DNA of 47,602 nt from Fibrobacteria bacterium (GTDB lineage Bacteria; Fibrobacterota; Fibrobacteria; UBA11236), in NCBI GenBank assembly GCA_043732185.1, contig JAYTHY010000139.1, positions 1 through 47,602 on the forward strand. Direction: 5' to 3'. Below, one piece after another: positions 9,355-19,276 of the stretch. Under the pieces are notes generated by a model. The model worked only from the letters and a program-made list of their open reading frames with translations, ran no database searches and was not told the DNA's origin. The translations under genes and the position numbers were made by a program. Every line of letters starts with the position of its first letter. Positions within the stretch are counted from its first letter, which is position 1.

Positions 9355-10053
9355 CTAGGCGAACAGGCCTTCCAACCTGTCGATATCCATTTCATCCAGC
9401 CGTCGAACCACTAGATGGGCCTTGGCCAATATGCTCTTGGGATGGGTCGAAGTGATGCCAATCGCTTTCATTCCACCGGCTAGAGCCGCCTCAATACCCA
9501 TGGGAGCATCCTCAAACACGACGCAGCGATTGGAATTCAATTCCAAAGCCTTGGCAGCGAGCAAAAAAACCTCCGGGTTCGGCTTGCCCTGTTGGACGTC
9601 TTCGGCAGTAATAAGCGTTCGAAAATATTTTTCAATTCCCAGAATTTCCAAGGACATGGTGATATTTTTACGATGCGTCGAAGATCCAATGGCGCAAGGA
9701 ATGCCTTCATTGTAAAGCGTATCTAGCAGGGATCGCGCTCCAGTTAAGAGTTCTAATCCCCATTCTTGAATGATTTCTCTATAGAGCAATTCCTTGCGGA
9801 GGGAAATTCGGTGCATTTCCGCCAGGTCACGGGTCCACCCGAGAATGCCTGGGATAATGGCTTCGTTTTTCATTCCAAAGCCCTGGAGGAAGTGGCCCAC
9901 CGGCAAAATGCGATTTTCTTCCTGTGCCAGCCGATTCCAGCTTTCTTCATGATGCATTGAAGAATCGATGAGGACTCCGTCCCAGTCGAAAATGGCGCCC
10001 CACTGAGGCAAGGGCGAACCCGATGTTAGACGATTGGAAATCATATCCGACAA
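9355..10053 (-). CDS. HAD-family phosphatase (beta-phosphoglucomutase-like)
   Basis: FDWDGVLIDS, GKPNPEVFL, CVVFEDAPMGIEAA; start may be ATG 10044. Confidence 0.9.
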   Translation of the reverse strand: MSDMISNRLTSGSPLPQWGAIFDWDGVLIDSSMHHEESWNRLAQEENRILPVGHFLQGFGMKNEAIIPGILGWTRDLAEMHRISLRKELLYREIIQEWGLELLTGARSLLDTLYNEGIPCAIGSSTHRKNITMSLEILGIEKYFRTLITAEDVQQGKPNPEVFLLAAKALELNSNRCVVFEDAPMGIEAALAGGMKAIGITSTHPKSILAKAHLVVRRLDEMDIDRLEGLFA

Positions 10054-10259
10054 TCTGTTAATCCCCGATCACGGAAGCGTAAATTCTATTAAAAAACAGT
10101 TGTTTCCGCAATCGATTCCCAAAAATATAGATGTGGTCGTTCTGGTCATCGCTTATGTGGTTAATGTAAAATGTAGTGAAGATGCTGCTGTTTCTAAACG
10201 ACTATTGGAATCCTGCATGAATATGATGGTCCACCCTATCAAACGAACAGGTTTTTCAC

Positions 10260-11795
10260 TTGGAAGACCTTAAAAAGTGGTATCGGGCCGGATTGGTGAC
10301 CAGAATAGAAGCACTTAAAGCCGCACGCCGTGAATTGAATGGGAGCCCCGAGCCAATCGAATCGGTGCGTCGCATCGCCCACACTTTGCGGGGCTCTGGC
10401 ACTACCTATGGATTTCCAGAAATTACCGCAGCCGCTGCTGATTTGGAGGACTCCACCGCATTGGAATTCACGCTTCATTTAGAAAAGCTTCTGGATACAA
10501 TTCAGGATGTGTGTAAGGTAACGGAAATGGAGGACAAAACGGGGATCCTCCTAATTGATGACGATCCTTACATCACCGACCTTTTGGTGACGGTTTTGGA
10601 AAGTTCCAGCAGAGAAATTTTGACTGCCTCAACCGCAAAAGAAGCCGAAGCGGTTTTAGAGGAAAAAAAAGTTTCGCTCATTCTTTTAGATCTCATTCTT
10701 CCCGACACGGATGGGAGAAATTTTCTGGTGCGCCTAAAAGAACGGCCCGCCACCGCGAATGTTCCCGTTATCGTTCTTTCCGCCAAGCTTGGGGCCCAAC
10801 CTAAAACCGAATGTTTTGCCCTTGGAGCCGACGCGTACTATGAAAAACCCTTTGAGGTGGAGACTATTTGCGCAGCCGTGTCCGCCTGGCTTTATCGCAG
10901 TGAAGGCAACTTGCGGGAATCTCGTCGGGACCATTTAACGGGTCTGCCCAACCGTGCCGCATTTCGGGAAGCGTATCTTCGTGGAGTCAGTTTAGCTGTG
11001 CGGCGCGGTGAGTCGACGACGGTGGCCATTCTTGATTTGGACCGCTTCAAGAACATCAATGATACCTTTGGTCATGCCGCCGGTGATGAAGTGCTGCGCC
11101 GAACCGGTGCGATATTGACAGGCGCATTGCGAAAATCCGACCTTCTGGCGCGCTGGGGAGGTGAAGAATTTGTGGTGTTATTTCCCAGCACAGCTTTGGA
11201 AGGGGCAGGTAATGCTGTTCGTAAGGCGTTAGAGGCCCTTTCTGCGCAGAAATTCCAAGGACCCGGAGAGCGTAACTTTCATGTGACCTTTTCCGCCGGC
11301 GTTGCGGAAGTGGCCGCTAACCTTACCTTGGATGAGGCAATCGCCGAAGCAGATCGCTTCCTTTATATCGCCAAAGCGCAAGGGAGAAATTGCGTCGTTT
11401 CCTCCAAAGACAATTCCACGCCTCATGCACGGGTAATCCTTTTAGCTGAAGGTGAAGAAACGGTTGCCGCCATCATAAAAAGTCGGCTGGGTAGGGAAGG
11501 ATTCAGCATCAAACATTTCTCGGATGGTCCCAGTGCATTGGAAGCGGCGATGTCTGGAGGATATTCCTTGTGCATATTGGATGCCAAACTTCCGGGTTTT
11601 GATGGCATGCAACTTTTGTCCAAGCTTAGGGCCACGCCAGCTTGTTCTAACCTTCCTGTTCTATTGTTAACGTCTCTCGGAAAAGAGAAGGATATTGCAC
11701 GCGGGTTTCAACTCGGCGCCGACGACTATTTGGTCATGCCCTTCTCGCCTCTAGATATGCTGGCGCGGGTTCGTAACATTCTACGAAAATCATGA
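10260..11795 (+). CDS. Diguanylate cyclase response regulator (Hpt-REC-GGDEF-REC)
   Basis: Hpt AHTLRGSG; REC LLIDDD..LLDLILP..KPF; DHLTGLPNR, DLDRFKNINDTFGH, RxxD I-site (RKSD) and GGEEF; C-terminal REC domain. Confidence 0.92.
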   Translation: MEDLKKWYRAGLVTRIEALKAARRELNGSPEPIESVRRIAHTLRGSGTTYGFPEITAAAADLEDSTALEFTLHLEKLLDTIQDVCKVTEMEDKTGILLIDDDPYITDLLVTVLESSSREILTASTAKEAEAVLEEKKVSLILLDLILPDTDGRNFLVRLKERPATANVPVIVLSAKLGAQPKTECFALGADAYYEKPFEVETICAAVSAWLYRSEGNLRESRRDHLTGLPNRAAFREAYLRGVSLAVRRGESTTVAILDLDRFKNINDTFGHAAGDEVLRRTGAILTGALRKSDLLARWGGEEFVVLFPSTALEGAGNAVRKALEALSAQKFQGPGERNFHVTFSAGVAEVAANLTLDEAIAEADRFLYIAKAQGRNCVVSSKDNSTPHARVILLAEGEETVAAIIKSRLGREGFSIKHFSDGPSALEAAMSGGYSLCILDAKLPGFDGMQLLSKLRATPACSNLPVLLLTSLGKEKDIARGFQLGADDYLVMPFSPLDMLARVRNILRKS

Positions 11796-11820
11796 ATACC
11801 TTTAGAGGAAGGAGTCGTCC

Positions 11821-12630
11821 GTGACGCCCTGGGTACAACAATATGGGCCGTGGGTCCTATCAATTTTGGCGCTTGCGCAATTCTGGATTTGGATGTGGAC
11901 TCGCCATATGGGTCGCGGGAAACAACTGGAAATCTATGAATCCGGTACCGTGGAAATCGGATTTGATGCCAATGGCCCTATCCTAGCACTAGCTGGTGTT
12001 CTGCGCTCCTTTAACCGCGAAATCTTCGTTCAGTCCATGGAGTTGACCTTAACTTCCGATCGGGATAAAACCAAACATGCGTATCGATGGACGGCTTTCA
12101 AACCAAATTTTTTAGTGTCTCTGGCAGGCACGCGCTCTTGGGAAATGCCTCGGCCTTTTTTGGTTTCTCCGGGAGAACCTTGCAAGTACAACGTGGTATT
12201 TCATGACGTCGAAGTATTCCCGCAAGTGAAAAAAATTTTGCAAGGCTATTATCACAACTGGCGTACAGTCGAGCGCCAGATCATGGAACGGCGTGACCAG
12301 AAAATTCCGGGCAAGGATATAACAGAACATGAAGATCTAATCAGTGAATTCAAGCGTCAGGATTCCTGTGTGAATTCCTACACCGAACTGAATCATAAAT
12401 GTTACTGGGAACAGGGGAGCTATTCTGCAACTTTAAAAGTGATAACCGAAGGTGGTTTTGCGAACCAAATTCAAAATTTCCATTTTAATGTCGGTAAACA
12501 GGACTCCAAACTGCTCAAGACCAATTGTGTGACGATGCTCGACGAACCTATTGCGGCTCTATTGGGAAAATCGCCTATTCTATGTGAGGCCGTACAGGCC
12601 GAATATCTTAAGTCCAAGGCGATTCCGTGA
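11821..12630 (+). CDS. Hypothetical protein with N-terminal membrane anchor
   Basis: AGGAG RBS, GTG start, one N-terminal transmembrane segment, 25 nt after the cyclase gene. Confidence 0.7.
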   Translation: MTPWVQQYGPWVLSILALAQFWIWMWTRHMGRGKQLEIYESGTVEIGFDANGPILALAGVLRSFNREIFVQSMELTLTSDRDKTKHAYRWTAFKPNFLVSLAGTRSWEMPRPFLVSPGEPCKYNVVFHDVEVFPQVKKILQGYYHNWRTVERQIMERRDQKIPGKDITEHEDLISEFKRQDSCVNSYTELNHKCYWEQGSYSATLKVITEGGFANQIQNFHFNVGKQDSKLLKTNCVTMLDEPIAALLGKSPILCEAVQAEYLKSKAIP

Positions 12631-12851
12631 ATTAATTGGTTCATTTCGTAAAATTTTAGGATTCACCCCGTTTAGATGATCAAATGAGCAGCTATTGCAG
12701 TATTTTCGTTTGGCGAAAAGGTGGGGCTTGGTGTATATTGGCTGCAACCGTAGCATTGAACATTTGCTACTCCAATGCTTGACGGGTGGGTATAAAACCC
12801 GGAACAGGCCGCCTTTTAGCAAAGACCTAGATTTTAATGGGAGAGGTCCAC

Positions 12852-14180
12852 ATGCGGCGGAACAATACTGGTATGTCCCATTGGCCATTTTTCAACCACG
12901 GAATCCAAGCCATTCAAGTAGCCGGTTGGTTGTGCCTGGTTTTATTGATGGGCTGCTGGGACAAGGGCGATGGCGGGCGCTCCCAATTTCCGGAAAAACA
13001 CGTTTTAATCATCCATTATGACACCTTGACCGCCAAAGTCAAAGTTGGGGAAAGCTTTCTTTCCATCGCCCGGGGACTGCAACTTCCTCCCCAGGAGTCC
13101 TCCCAGCTTCTAAATAGCATTAAGGAAAATTTCCGGTTTAAACTTTTTGCCGGGCAAACCTATCGTGTGATTTACAAATCCGTTGATTCTACCCGCGATA
13201 TTGAAGCTTTCATTCTCGATGATCGGTATGAAGACAAAAAGCATATTCTTGTGAAGACGAATACTGCGATATTGGATTCGACATTCTCAAAGTCCGAAAA
13301 TTTGGCTTCCAATTTATCTGGAAGGACGCCTGCTACATTTATTTATCAGATGCTGAATATTCCCGTTCGTACTGACACCGTGTCTGTATCCGGTAACCTC
13401 AGTTCCAATTTATATGACGCCTTCTTGTCCAAAGGCGAATCGCCGGCTCTAATTCAATTGGTGACAAAAATTTTTGCCTGGGACATTGATTTTTTTAAAG
13501 ATCCTCGCGTTGGCGATGCCTTTAATTTACTGGTCGAAAAACGTTTCGGAGAAGACGGTGGTTTCCGCGGATACGGTAAAGTACTATCCGCAAAATACGT
13601 GAATCGGAGCAAGGATTTTTATGGCATTCTCTATAATGGTTCCTATTTTGATAAGAGTGGTGGAAGTCTCGAGAAAATGTTGCTGAAAGCACCATTGAAT
13701 TTCGCGCATATTTCTTCCGGGTTTACCTCCTCTCGCCTTCATCCCATTCTTGGCGTGAACCGGCCGCATTGGGGAATTGACTATGCCGCGCCGAAAGGGA
13801 CCAAAATCTTTGCAGCCGGTGACGGAACGGTCGAATATGCAAAATGGGTAAATGGCTATGGCAAAACGTTGAAGATCAGACATAATGGCGTTTACAATAC
13901 CTACTATGCGCATTTGAACGGCTTTGCTACAGGAATGTGCGCCGGTCGACGGGTCCACCAAGGGGAAACAGTTGCTTTTTTGGGCATGACTGGATTGGCC
14001 ACTGGACCCCATCTGGATTATAGAGTCGAATGCCATGGAAAGTATATCAACCCTGCGGAACTCAAGATGGAGGCCAAAGGAGGCGTGGCCAAAGACGAGT
14101 GGAAGTCCTTCTGTGATCAGCGCGATCTTTTATTGGCGCGTATGGTTTCCTCAGAAGCCAATCATTTCGCCAGCAACTAA
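12852..14180 (+). CDS. M23 family peptidoglycan DD-endopeptidase (MepM-like), probable lipoprotein
   Basis: R.HPILG..RPHWGIDYAAP.GT, YG..L.IRH...Y.T.YAHL, GMTGLATGPHLDY; lipobox-like LLMGC. Confidence 0.9.
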   Translation: MRRNNTGMSHWPFFNHGIQAIQVAGWLCLVLLMGCWDKGDGGRSQFPEKHVLIIHYDTLTAKVKVGESFLSIARGLQLPPQESSQLLNSIKENFRFKLFAGQTYRVIYKSVDSTRDIEAFILDDRYEDKKHILVKTNTAILDSTFSKSENLASNLSGRTPATFIYQMLNIPVRTDTVSVSGNLSSNLYDAFLSKGESPALIQLVTKIFAWDIDFFKDPRVGDAFNLLVEKRFGEDGGFRGYGKVLSAKYVNRSKDFYGILYNGSYFDKSGGSLEKMLLKAPLNFAHISSGFTSSRLHPILGVNRPHWGIDYAAPKGTKIFAAGDGTVEYAKWVNGYGKTLKIRHNGVYNTYYAHLNGFATGMCAGRRVHQGETVAFLGMTGLATGPHLDYRVECHGKYINPAELKMEAKGGVAKDEWKSFCDQRDLLLARMVSSEANHFASN

Positions 14181-14226
14181 ATTGCCTTAACGCAAAACAA
14201 TTTTTTCAATCCAAACCGGAGTATGA

Positions 14227-14718
14227 ATGGCCGCTGTAAAAAAGCAAATCGAAAAAGTAGAGTCAGGACCACAGCCCGGTCAGAAAGCACCAGAATTTTC
14301 CCTCCAGGATGCTCAGGATAAGACAGTAAACCTTTCTGACTTCAAGGGCAAACAAGTGGTTCTTTATTTTTATCCAAAAGACAATACTCCAGGTTGTACC
14401 ACGGAGGCTTGTGACTTTCGAGACAACCTGTCCCGAATTGCCAAGTCAAAGGCTGTGGTTTTAGGCATAAGCGCGGATTCGTTAGCCTCCCACCAGAAAT
14501 TCATTGCCAAGCAAAGCTTGAATTTCCCCCTGCTAAGCGATCCGGAGCTCAAGGTCTTGAAAGCCTATGGGGTATGGCAAGAAAAATCTCTCTACGGCCG
14601 AAAATTCATGGGCATTGTGCGTTCTACTTTCATTATCGACAAAAGTGGAAAAATCACCAAAGTATTTTCAAAAGTTAAGGTATCGGGCCATGTAGAAGAG
14701 GTCTTGGCGGCACTTTAG
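14227..14718 (+). CDS. bcp: Thioredoxin-dependent peroxiredoxin Bcp
   Basis: [39 protein letters not shown]. Confidence 0.95.
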   Translation: MAAVKKQIEKVESGPQPGQKAPEFSLQDAQDKTVNLSDFKGKQVVLYFYPKDNTPGCTTEACDFRDNLSRIAKSKAVVLGISADSLASHQKFIAKQSLNFPLLSDPELKVLKAYGVWQEKSLYGRKFMGIVRSTFIIDKSGKITKVFSKVKVSGHVEEVLAAL

Positions 14719-14799
14719 TTAAAAAACGGGCACCTTTTTTTGGTGAGACGACCTATTATTGAGTCGTACATATTCTGGAATGAAAGTTGGGAGAGTCTT

Positions 14800-16056
14800 A
14801 TGTTGAAGTATTTGCGTTCAATTTTATGCTTTGCAGCGGTTTTGATGCTTGCAACGGGCAAAAATTCCCATGCTCAAGCGGATTACGTACCTCCCCTTTC
14901 AGGCTCGCCATTAGCGCAGTGGCAAATTCAGGGTGAGTATTTCGGAGCGGTTACAGGCGGAGGTAATTTAGGCGCATGGCTAATTGCCAATGGCAATAAC
15001 TCCTATACCGTTGTGTTTTTACCAGGCGGATTGTTGACAATTCCTGGTGATAATCTGTATAGCGGCTGGGTGCGCACGGGTTGGAATAGGAGTACCTTTA
15101 GTGGTACTGCTACTTTGACAGGGACAGCCTTCACCGTTAATACGCCAAGCCTCTATAAAGCAGCTACCATCACAGGTGCTGGAGAAGTGCATGTCATGAC
15201 AGGCACAACGCCGACAGGTGCAACCTTTGCATTAAACCATGTAATGCGAAACAGTCCAACCCGCCTACTAAAACCAAAACCGGAATGGGGCGCTGTAAAT
15301 CGGCTTTTTGATTCGGCAACCGGGACAGCCGATTTGGCGAAATGGATTGACCTGGGATCAAAGATAGGATACCCCAACTTAAGTCGTGGGCAACTTAATT
15401 GTGGTGTACGGACAAGTGCTGGACAGATGGGCGGTTTTCTCCATATTGAATTTCAGGGCTGTTTTAACCCCTTGGCTTCTGGACAAGGGCGTTCTAATAG
15501 TGGCGTTTACCTCCAGGGCCATTATGAGGTACAGGTACTGGATTCCTTTGGGAATGGTGGCGCGTTAGATGAATACGGCGCCATATATACTGTTAGCGCA
15601 CCACTTGTAAATGCGGCACTTCCTCCTTTAACATGGCATACCTATGATGTTTACTTTACTCCTCGTACCTCTGGGGCGCAAGGGGATCAATTGGGCGCGG
15701 CAGCAATGACTGTTTATGCAAATGGTGTTCTGGTTCAGGATTCAGTTCCTGTAAAGTCCGTCACGACAGCAGGCCAGGGCGGAAGTCTGCTAATTCCAGC
15801 TGGACTATATCTCCAGAATCATGGAAATGATGTGGTATTTAACAATATCTGGTTCCTTCCAAATGCAACTGTAAAGACGCTACCCTATCAGACAATCTTA
15901 GCTGCGGTTACAGTAAATACTAATTATACCCAGAAGCCCAATTTTGTGAATGAAAATGGGGCGACAAATAAAGCTGGGAGTCAATTCGATCTATCGGGTA
16001 GAAAAATTGAAAAGGTAAAAGTGAAAGCCGTGCCAAAAATTCTGTTTATTAAATGA
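14800..16056 (+). CDS. Secreted DUF1080 (3-keto-disaccharide hydrolase-like) protein
   Basis: Signal peptide; LHIEF, GQGRSNSGVYLQGHYEVQVLDSFG, W.TYDVYFTP, LYLQNHG.DV.FNNIW; C-terminal FDLSGRK tail; GGAG RBS before ATG 14800. Confidence 0.85.
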   Translation: MLKYLRSILCFAAVLMLATGKNSHAQADYVPPLSGSPLAQWQIQGEYFGAVTGGGNLGAWLIANGNNSYTVVFLPGGLLTIPGDNLYSGWVRTGWNRSTFSGTATLTGTAFTVNTPSLYKAATITGAGEVHVMTGTTPTGATFALNHVMRNSPTRLLKPKPEWGAVNRLFDSATGTADLAKWIDLGSKIGYPNLSRGQLNCGVRTSAGQMGGFLHIEFQGCFNPLASGQGRSNSGVYLQGHYEVQVLDSFGNGGALDEYGAIYTVSAPLVNAALPPLTWHTYDVYFTPRTSGAQGDQLGAAAMTVYANGVLVQDSVPVKSVTTAGQGGSLLIPAGLYLQNHGNDVVFNNIWFLPNATVKTLPYQTILAAVTVNTNYTQKPNFVNENGATNKAGSQFDLSGRKIEKVKVKAVPKILFIK

Positions 16057-16777
16057 AATTTTTTGGTTTAGTCCGTGGAGTGGCTTGGGCCTAACCTTTG
16101 GAGCCTTTGTAAAATTAAACGACCAGGTTGATTACATTCCGACCTTACCTGGTTCACCACTGGCTCAACGGCAAGTTCAAGGTGAGTACTTTTGGATTGC
16201 ATCGGGTGGTGGGCTTGGCGCTCCCGAATCAAATGTACGGTGGCTGGGAACCTACCGCTTGGAATAGAAATAGCTATAGCGGTACAACTACACTGACCGG
16301 GACGGCCTTTGGTGTTACTACTGTAAGCTTATATAAAACGACTACTCTTGCTGGAACCGGCGAAGCGCGCAAATCTACTTCACTCCCCTGACTTCTGCCT
16401 TCCCTGGAGAAGAAATAAGGGCAGCCACCATCACTGTATATGCGAATGGAGTTTTAGTTCAGAAAAACCTTCACATCAAAAACATAACTCCAGAGCACCT
16501 CCCGGGTAACTTGTTGCTTGCGGACGGTCTGTATCTCGAAAACAATGGAAATGAATTAGTTTATGACAATATTTGATTTGTATCAAATGCAACTGAGACC
16601 TCCCTTCCTATTTTCACGATTGTGACTACGAATGTTACAGAAAAAAATATCGAAATTCACGCTTCGGCGAACGAAACAATTCGTTAGGTAAAGCCAGAGC
16701 GGCCGTTCGGTCTATTGGCAAGAAGAATCGAGAAGTTCAAAACAAATTTCACTCTGCAAATTCTTTACATTAGGTAA
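16053..16777 (+). pseudogene. Decayed tandem paralog of the upstream DUF1080 gene
   Basis: Colinear homologous blocks in different frames: DYIPTLPGSPLAQRQVQGEYF; YGGWEPTAWNRNSYSGTTTLTGTAF; IYFTP...TVYANGVLVQ...GLYLENNGNELVYDNI*F (TGA at 16574-16576 in place of Trp); FGLLARRIEK...ILYIR*. The central catalytic block is deleted. Confidence 0.9.
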
Positions 16778-16974
16778 AATTAGGATTCACATGCTCTTGG
16801 TGAGTTCTGGATGTCTTTTGAAAGTGAAATTCTACTACTTCAAAGTAAGGCGCTAGACTTGAATCTATGTTAAAAAAATAAAATTGCCCATGATTCACTG
16901 CAAATAACTTTTACTATTATTCATTAGAAGCCATGATTGGAATGGGATTTTCGGGAATTTTTTTTAGGAGATGT

Positions 16975-18324
16975 ATGTCAATGACAAGAAGATTTATTGT
17001 TCCAGCTATACTTGGTATTCTGACAATGCATTTTGGATTCGCTGAAGAGGCTACCTCAAAACTTTCGCCATTGAAAATTTTTGCAAACTGGGAAACTTCC
17101 GAAGTTGAAAGTTTCAAGCCGGATCCAGGGGCCACTCCTTCCGGCTATCCGCGGGCGCTTTCCACTGCCAGTTCAATTTGGCTTTTGGAGGAAGCTAAAC
17201 TTTCCGATAACGCCAAAGTTTTTGTAGGTGTGGGAGGATTGTATTTCTTCATTCTTCCCTCTGATGGAAACCAGTACAGTATCGGCCAGCGTTCCGGATT
17301 CGGATTCACGGATTTGCACGCGGAATTTGAATTTTTTAGAAAAGATGAAAACAATCATGGGCTCATGTTGAAAGTGGGCGTTTTCCCATTTAAGTACAAT
17401 GAGAATGCCAAGAACCTGGGCGAATACATGTTCCGCACATATACCTACCCTACCGTTATATTCACTGGAGGTTTGACCAAGGTAAATAGTGCAGGTGTGC
17501 AACTAAATGGAATTGACTTGAACACCAAACTCGGAGGATTTAATAACGATTTGCTGTTAACGCTTAAAACCGATCAAATGCCATCCGCGGCATTAAGTTT
17601 GACTGAAATGGCTTCCTATACTGTCGGCGGATTCCTTACTTTGGGCGCGGGATTGATGTTCGACAATATTTATGACCCAACCAAAATTACTACCGGTGAT
17701 TATAATGACCTCAATTTGTATTACACACTCAAAAATGGCACAATGAAGCTGAAGCAGCCATTCCCAAATTCAGGTGACGTTAAATTTGACCCCGCAGTGG
17801 ATACAGCTGTTGATTCAACTCGCCTAACTTTCAAAGGTCAGAAATTTTTGTTCCGCGGGTCGTTGGATTTCGGCAAGTTGATTTCGAGCCCTGTACTTTC
17901 AGACAAAGATCTCATTTTCTACTTTGAAAGTGTTCTCTTAGGTACAGAAAATCGTCCTTTCTATTATAAAAAACGGGCTGATCGCACCGTTTATACACTG
18001 GGTTTCAATTTTCCGACTTTTCACATTTTGGACTTGCTTTCTTTTGAAGGAGAATACTGTAGCAACCCTTACGCAAATGATGTTTCGAACGCACTAAGGT
18101 TGCTGGCTCCTGTTCCCAATCCTACTGGTAAAGCGTTTAATGGCGATAATGTCAAATGGACAGTCTATGCTCAAAAAATGATTTATCCAGGATTCTCAAT
18201 TACTGGTCAGATCGCGAACGACCATATGCGATTGGTGGATTATTTCGGGCATACCAATGATGTCGCTGTTATGCCATACCGGAAAAACTGGTACTGGGCT
18301 GTGCAGTTGGGCTACGCACTTTAA
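16975..18324 (+). CDS. Putative outer-membrane beta-barrel protein of unknown function
   Basis: AGGAG RBS; signal peptide; many alternating aromatic/hydrophobic strands; C-terminal WYWAVQLGYAL resembling a beta-signal. Confidence 0.7.
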   Translation: MSMTRRFIVPAILGILTMHFGFAEEATSKLSPLKIFANWETSEVESFKPDPGATPSGYPRALSTASSIWLLEEAKLSDNAKVFVGVGGLYFFILPSDGNQYSIGQRSGFGFTDLHAEFEFFRKDENNHGLMLKVGVFPFKYNENAKNLGEYMFRTYTYPTVIFTGGLTKVNSAGVQLNGIDLNTKLGGFNNDLLLTLKTDQMPSAALSLTEMASYTVGGFLTLGAGLMFDNIYDPTKITTGDYNDLNLYYTLKNGTMKLKQPFPNSGDVKFDPAVDTAVDSTRLTFKGQKFLFRGSLDFGKLISSPVLSDKDLIFYFESVLLGTENRPFYYKKRADRTVYTLGFNFPTFHILDLLSFEGEYCSNPYANDVSNALRLLAPVPNPTGKAFNGDNVKWTVYAQKMIYPGFSITGQIANDHMRLVDYFGHTNDVAVMPYRKNWYWAVQLGYAL

Positions 18325-18424
18325 TCCCTGATTTTTCTGGAAAAGGAGTTGGAAACCCTGGAGGCTCCTGATTTTGTTATTCGAACAATAAGTTTGCCCA
18401 TCTGTGATATGTCACCGCGAAAAA

Positions 18425-18519
18425 TCTAGTGTATCTGGGGCTATTCTTTTTGGTGCACTACTTTTTAGTACGGCTGTAGTGTTTTCCAAAATAAAATAAA
18501 GGTTTTCATTCTCGCATAG
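18425..18519 (+). pseudogene. 5' remnant of a SASA/CE6 esterase paralog
   Basis: VSGAILFGALLFSTAVVFS / (frameshift) KIKVFILA* matches [30 protein letters not shown] of the 21679 gene; AAAATAAAGGTTTTCATTCTCGCA versus AAAATAAAAGTTTTCATTCTGGCA (22/24 nt). Confidence 0.75.
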
Positions 18520-19129
18520 CCGGCTCCACGGTTTTTTCATGAAAACGAACTACGCCAATCCCTTCCATGATTTGGAAGATCCAGCGCAGCGTTGGGTTCT
18601 GCACTTCTTTGTTCAACTGGTCTGGATGTGTGGCCTTTGTATCCTTTAGTTGTATCCTTTAGTTGTATCCTTTAGTTGTCGCCGCAAGCGATACTGAGCG
18701 ACATTGTAGATCAAAAGACATAGCGTCATTACCATTATCAATGTCTTGATGCGGCAGGGGGATTTCAAGAATACCGAGTCGACCGTGAGACATGGGTCCT
18801 TTAGAAAACGGAATCCCCTGTCCACTTTTTACTTCGATTCCCTCACTCGTACTATCCAGAACAAGTTCCAATCGATAACTCTTTACCACCTGCTAGGCTA
18901 AAGGTCCGGGTTTTCCCTTGCCGGCGTATTTCAAAATCGGCACTGCGTGCCCATCGATATGGTAAAGCAGATACGGCTTCTTCAATTTCACGATTTCAGA
19001 ATCCGGATCGGCCGCGCAGCCGAACACCTTCGGCAGGCCACCCTCGATCCGACTATTCGGGAGTTTATGCTCTTTCGCCATTTTCGGGATCTTCTGCGCG
19101 GCCAAAATACTGGATTTCATAAAGACCAT
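18520..19129 (-). mobile_element. IS1634-family transposase relic (C-terminal half, inactivated)
   Basis: Minus-strand blocks FGCAAD...KYAGKGKPG, GFRFLKDP..VDSVFLKSP.RI..L.MVMTLCLLIYNVAQYRLRRQL and PDQLNKEVQNPTLRWIFQIMEGI are typical of IS1634 transposase C-termini; in-frame TAG (18893-18895), an internal deletion with frameshift, and a repeat-induced frameshift. Confidence 0.85.
18637..18679. repeat. Perfect 13-bp tandem repeat (TTGTATCCTTTAG x3 plus a partial unit)
   Basis: Units at 18637, 18650 and 18663, partial at 18676; no spacers. Confidence 0.95.
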
Positions 19130-19276
19130 ATTTATTGATCACCATTTATTTTGGTCACCAATTTTATTTTCCCATTGAAAACATTTTATTTATATTAGCA
19201 TCGCTCCAATATGTCACAATACCATATATTGGTTCATGTAGGAGTTGGGGCAATAAACCAAAAAAAGGAGTATCAT

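Noticed and set aside
16574..16576. TGA at a conserved Trp position suggesting an alternative genetic code or selenocysteine
   Set aside because: TGA terminates intact genes in this window (purK, tal, yyaL), Trp is encoded by TGG, and the surrounding gene is also frameshifted and deleted.
18637..18679. Possible mini CRISPR array
   Set aside because: The 13-bp units are directly adjacent with no spacers, no cas genes are present, and the repeat lies inside a transposase relic.
18659..19129. Two in-frame minus-strand ORFs joined by one TAG (possible readthrough or pyrrolysine)
   Set aside because: The region is a decayed IS1634 transposase with further frameshifts; the TAG is a nonsense lesion.
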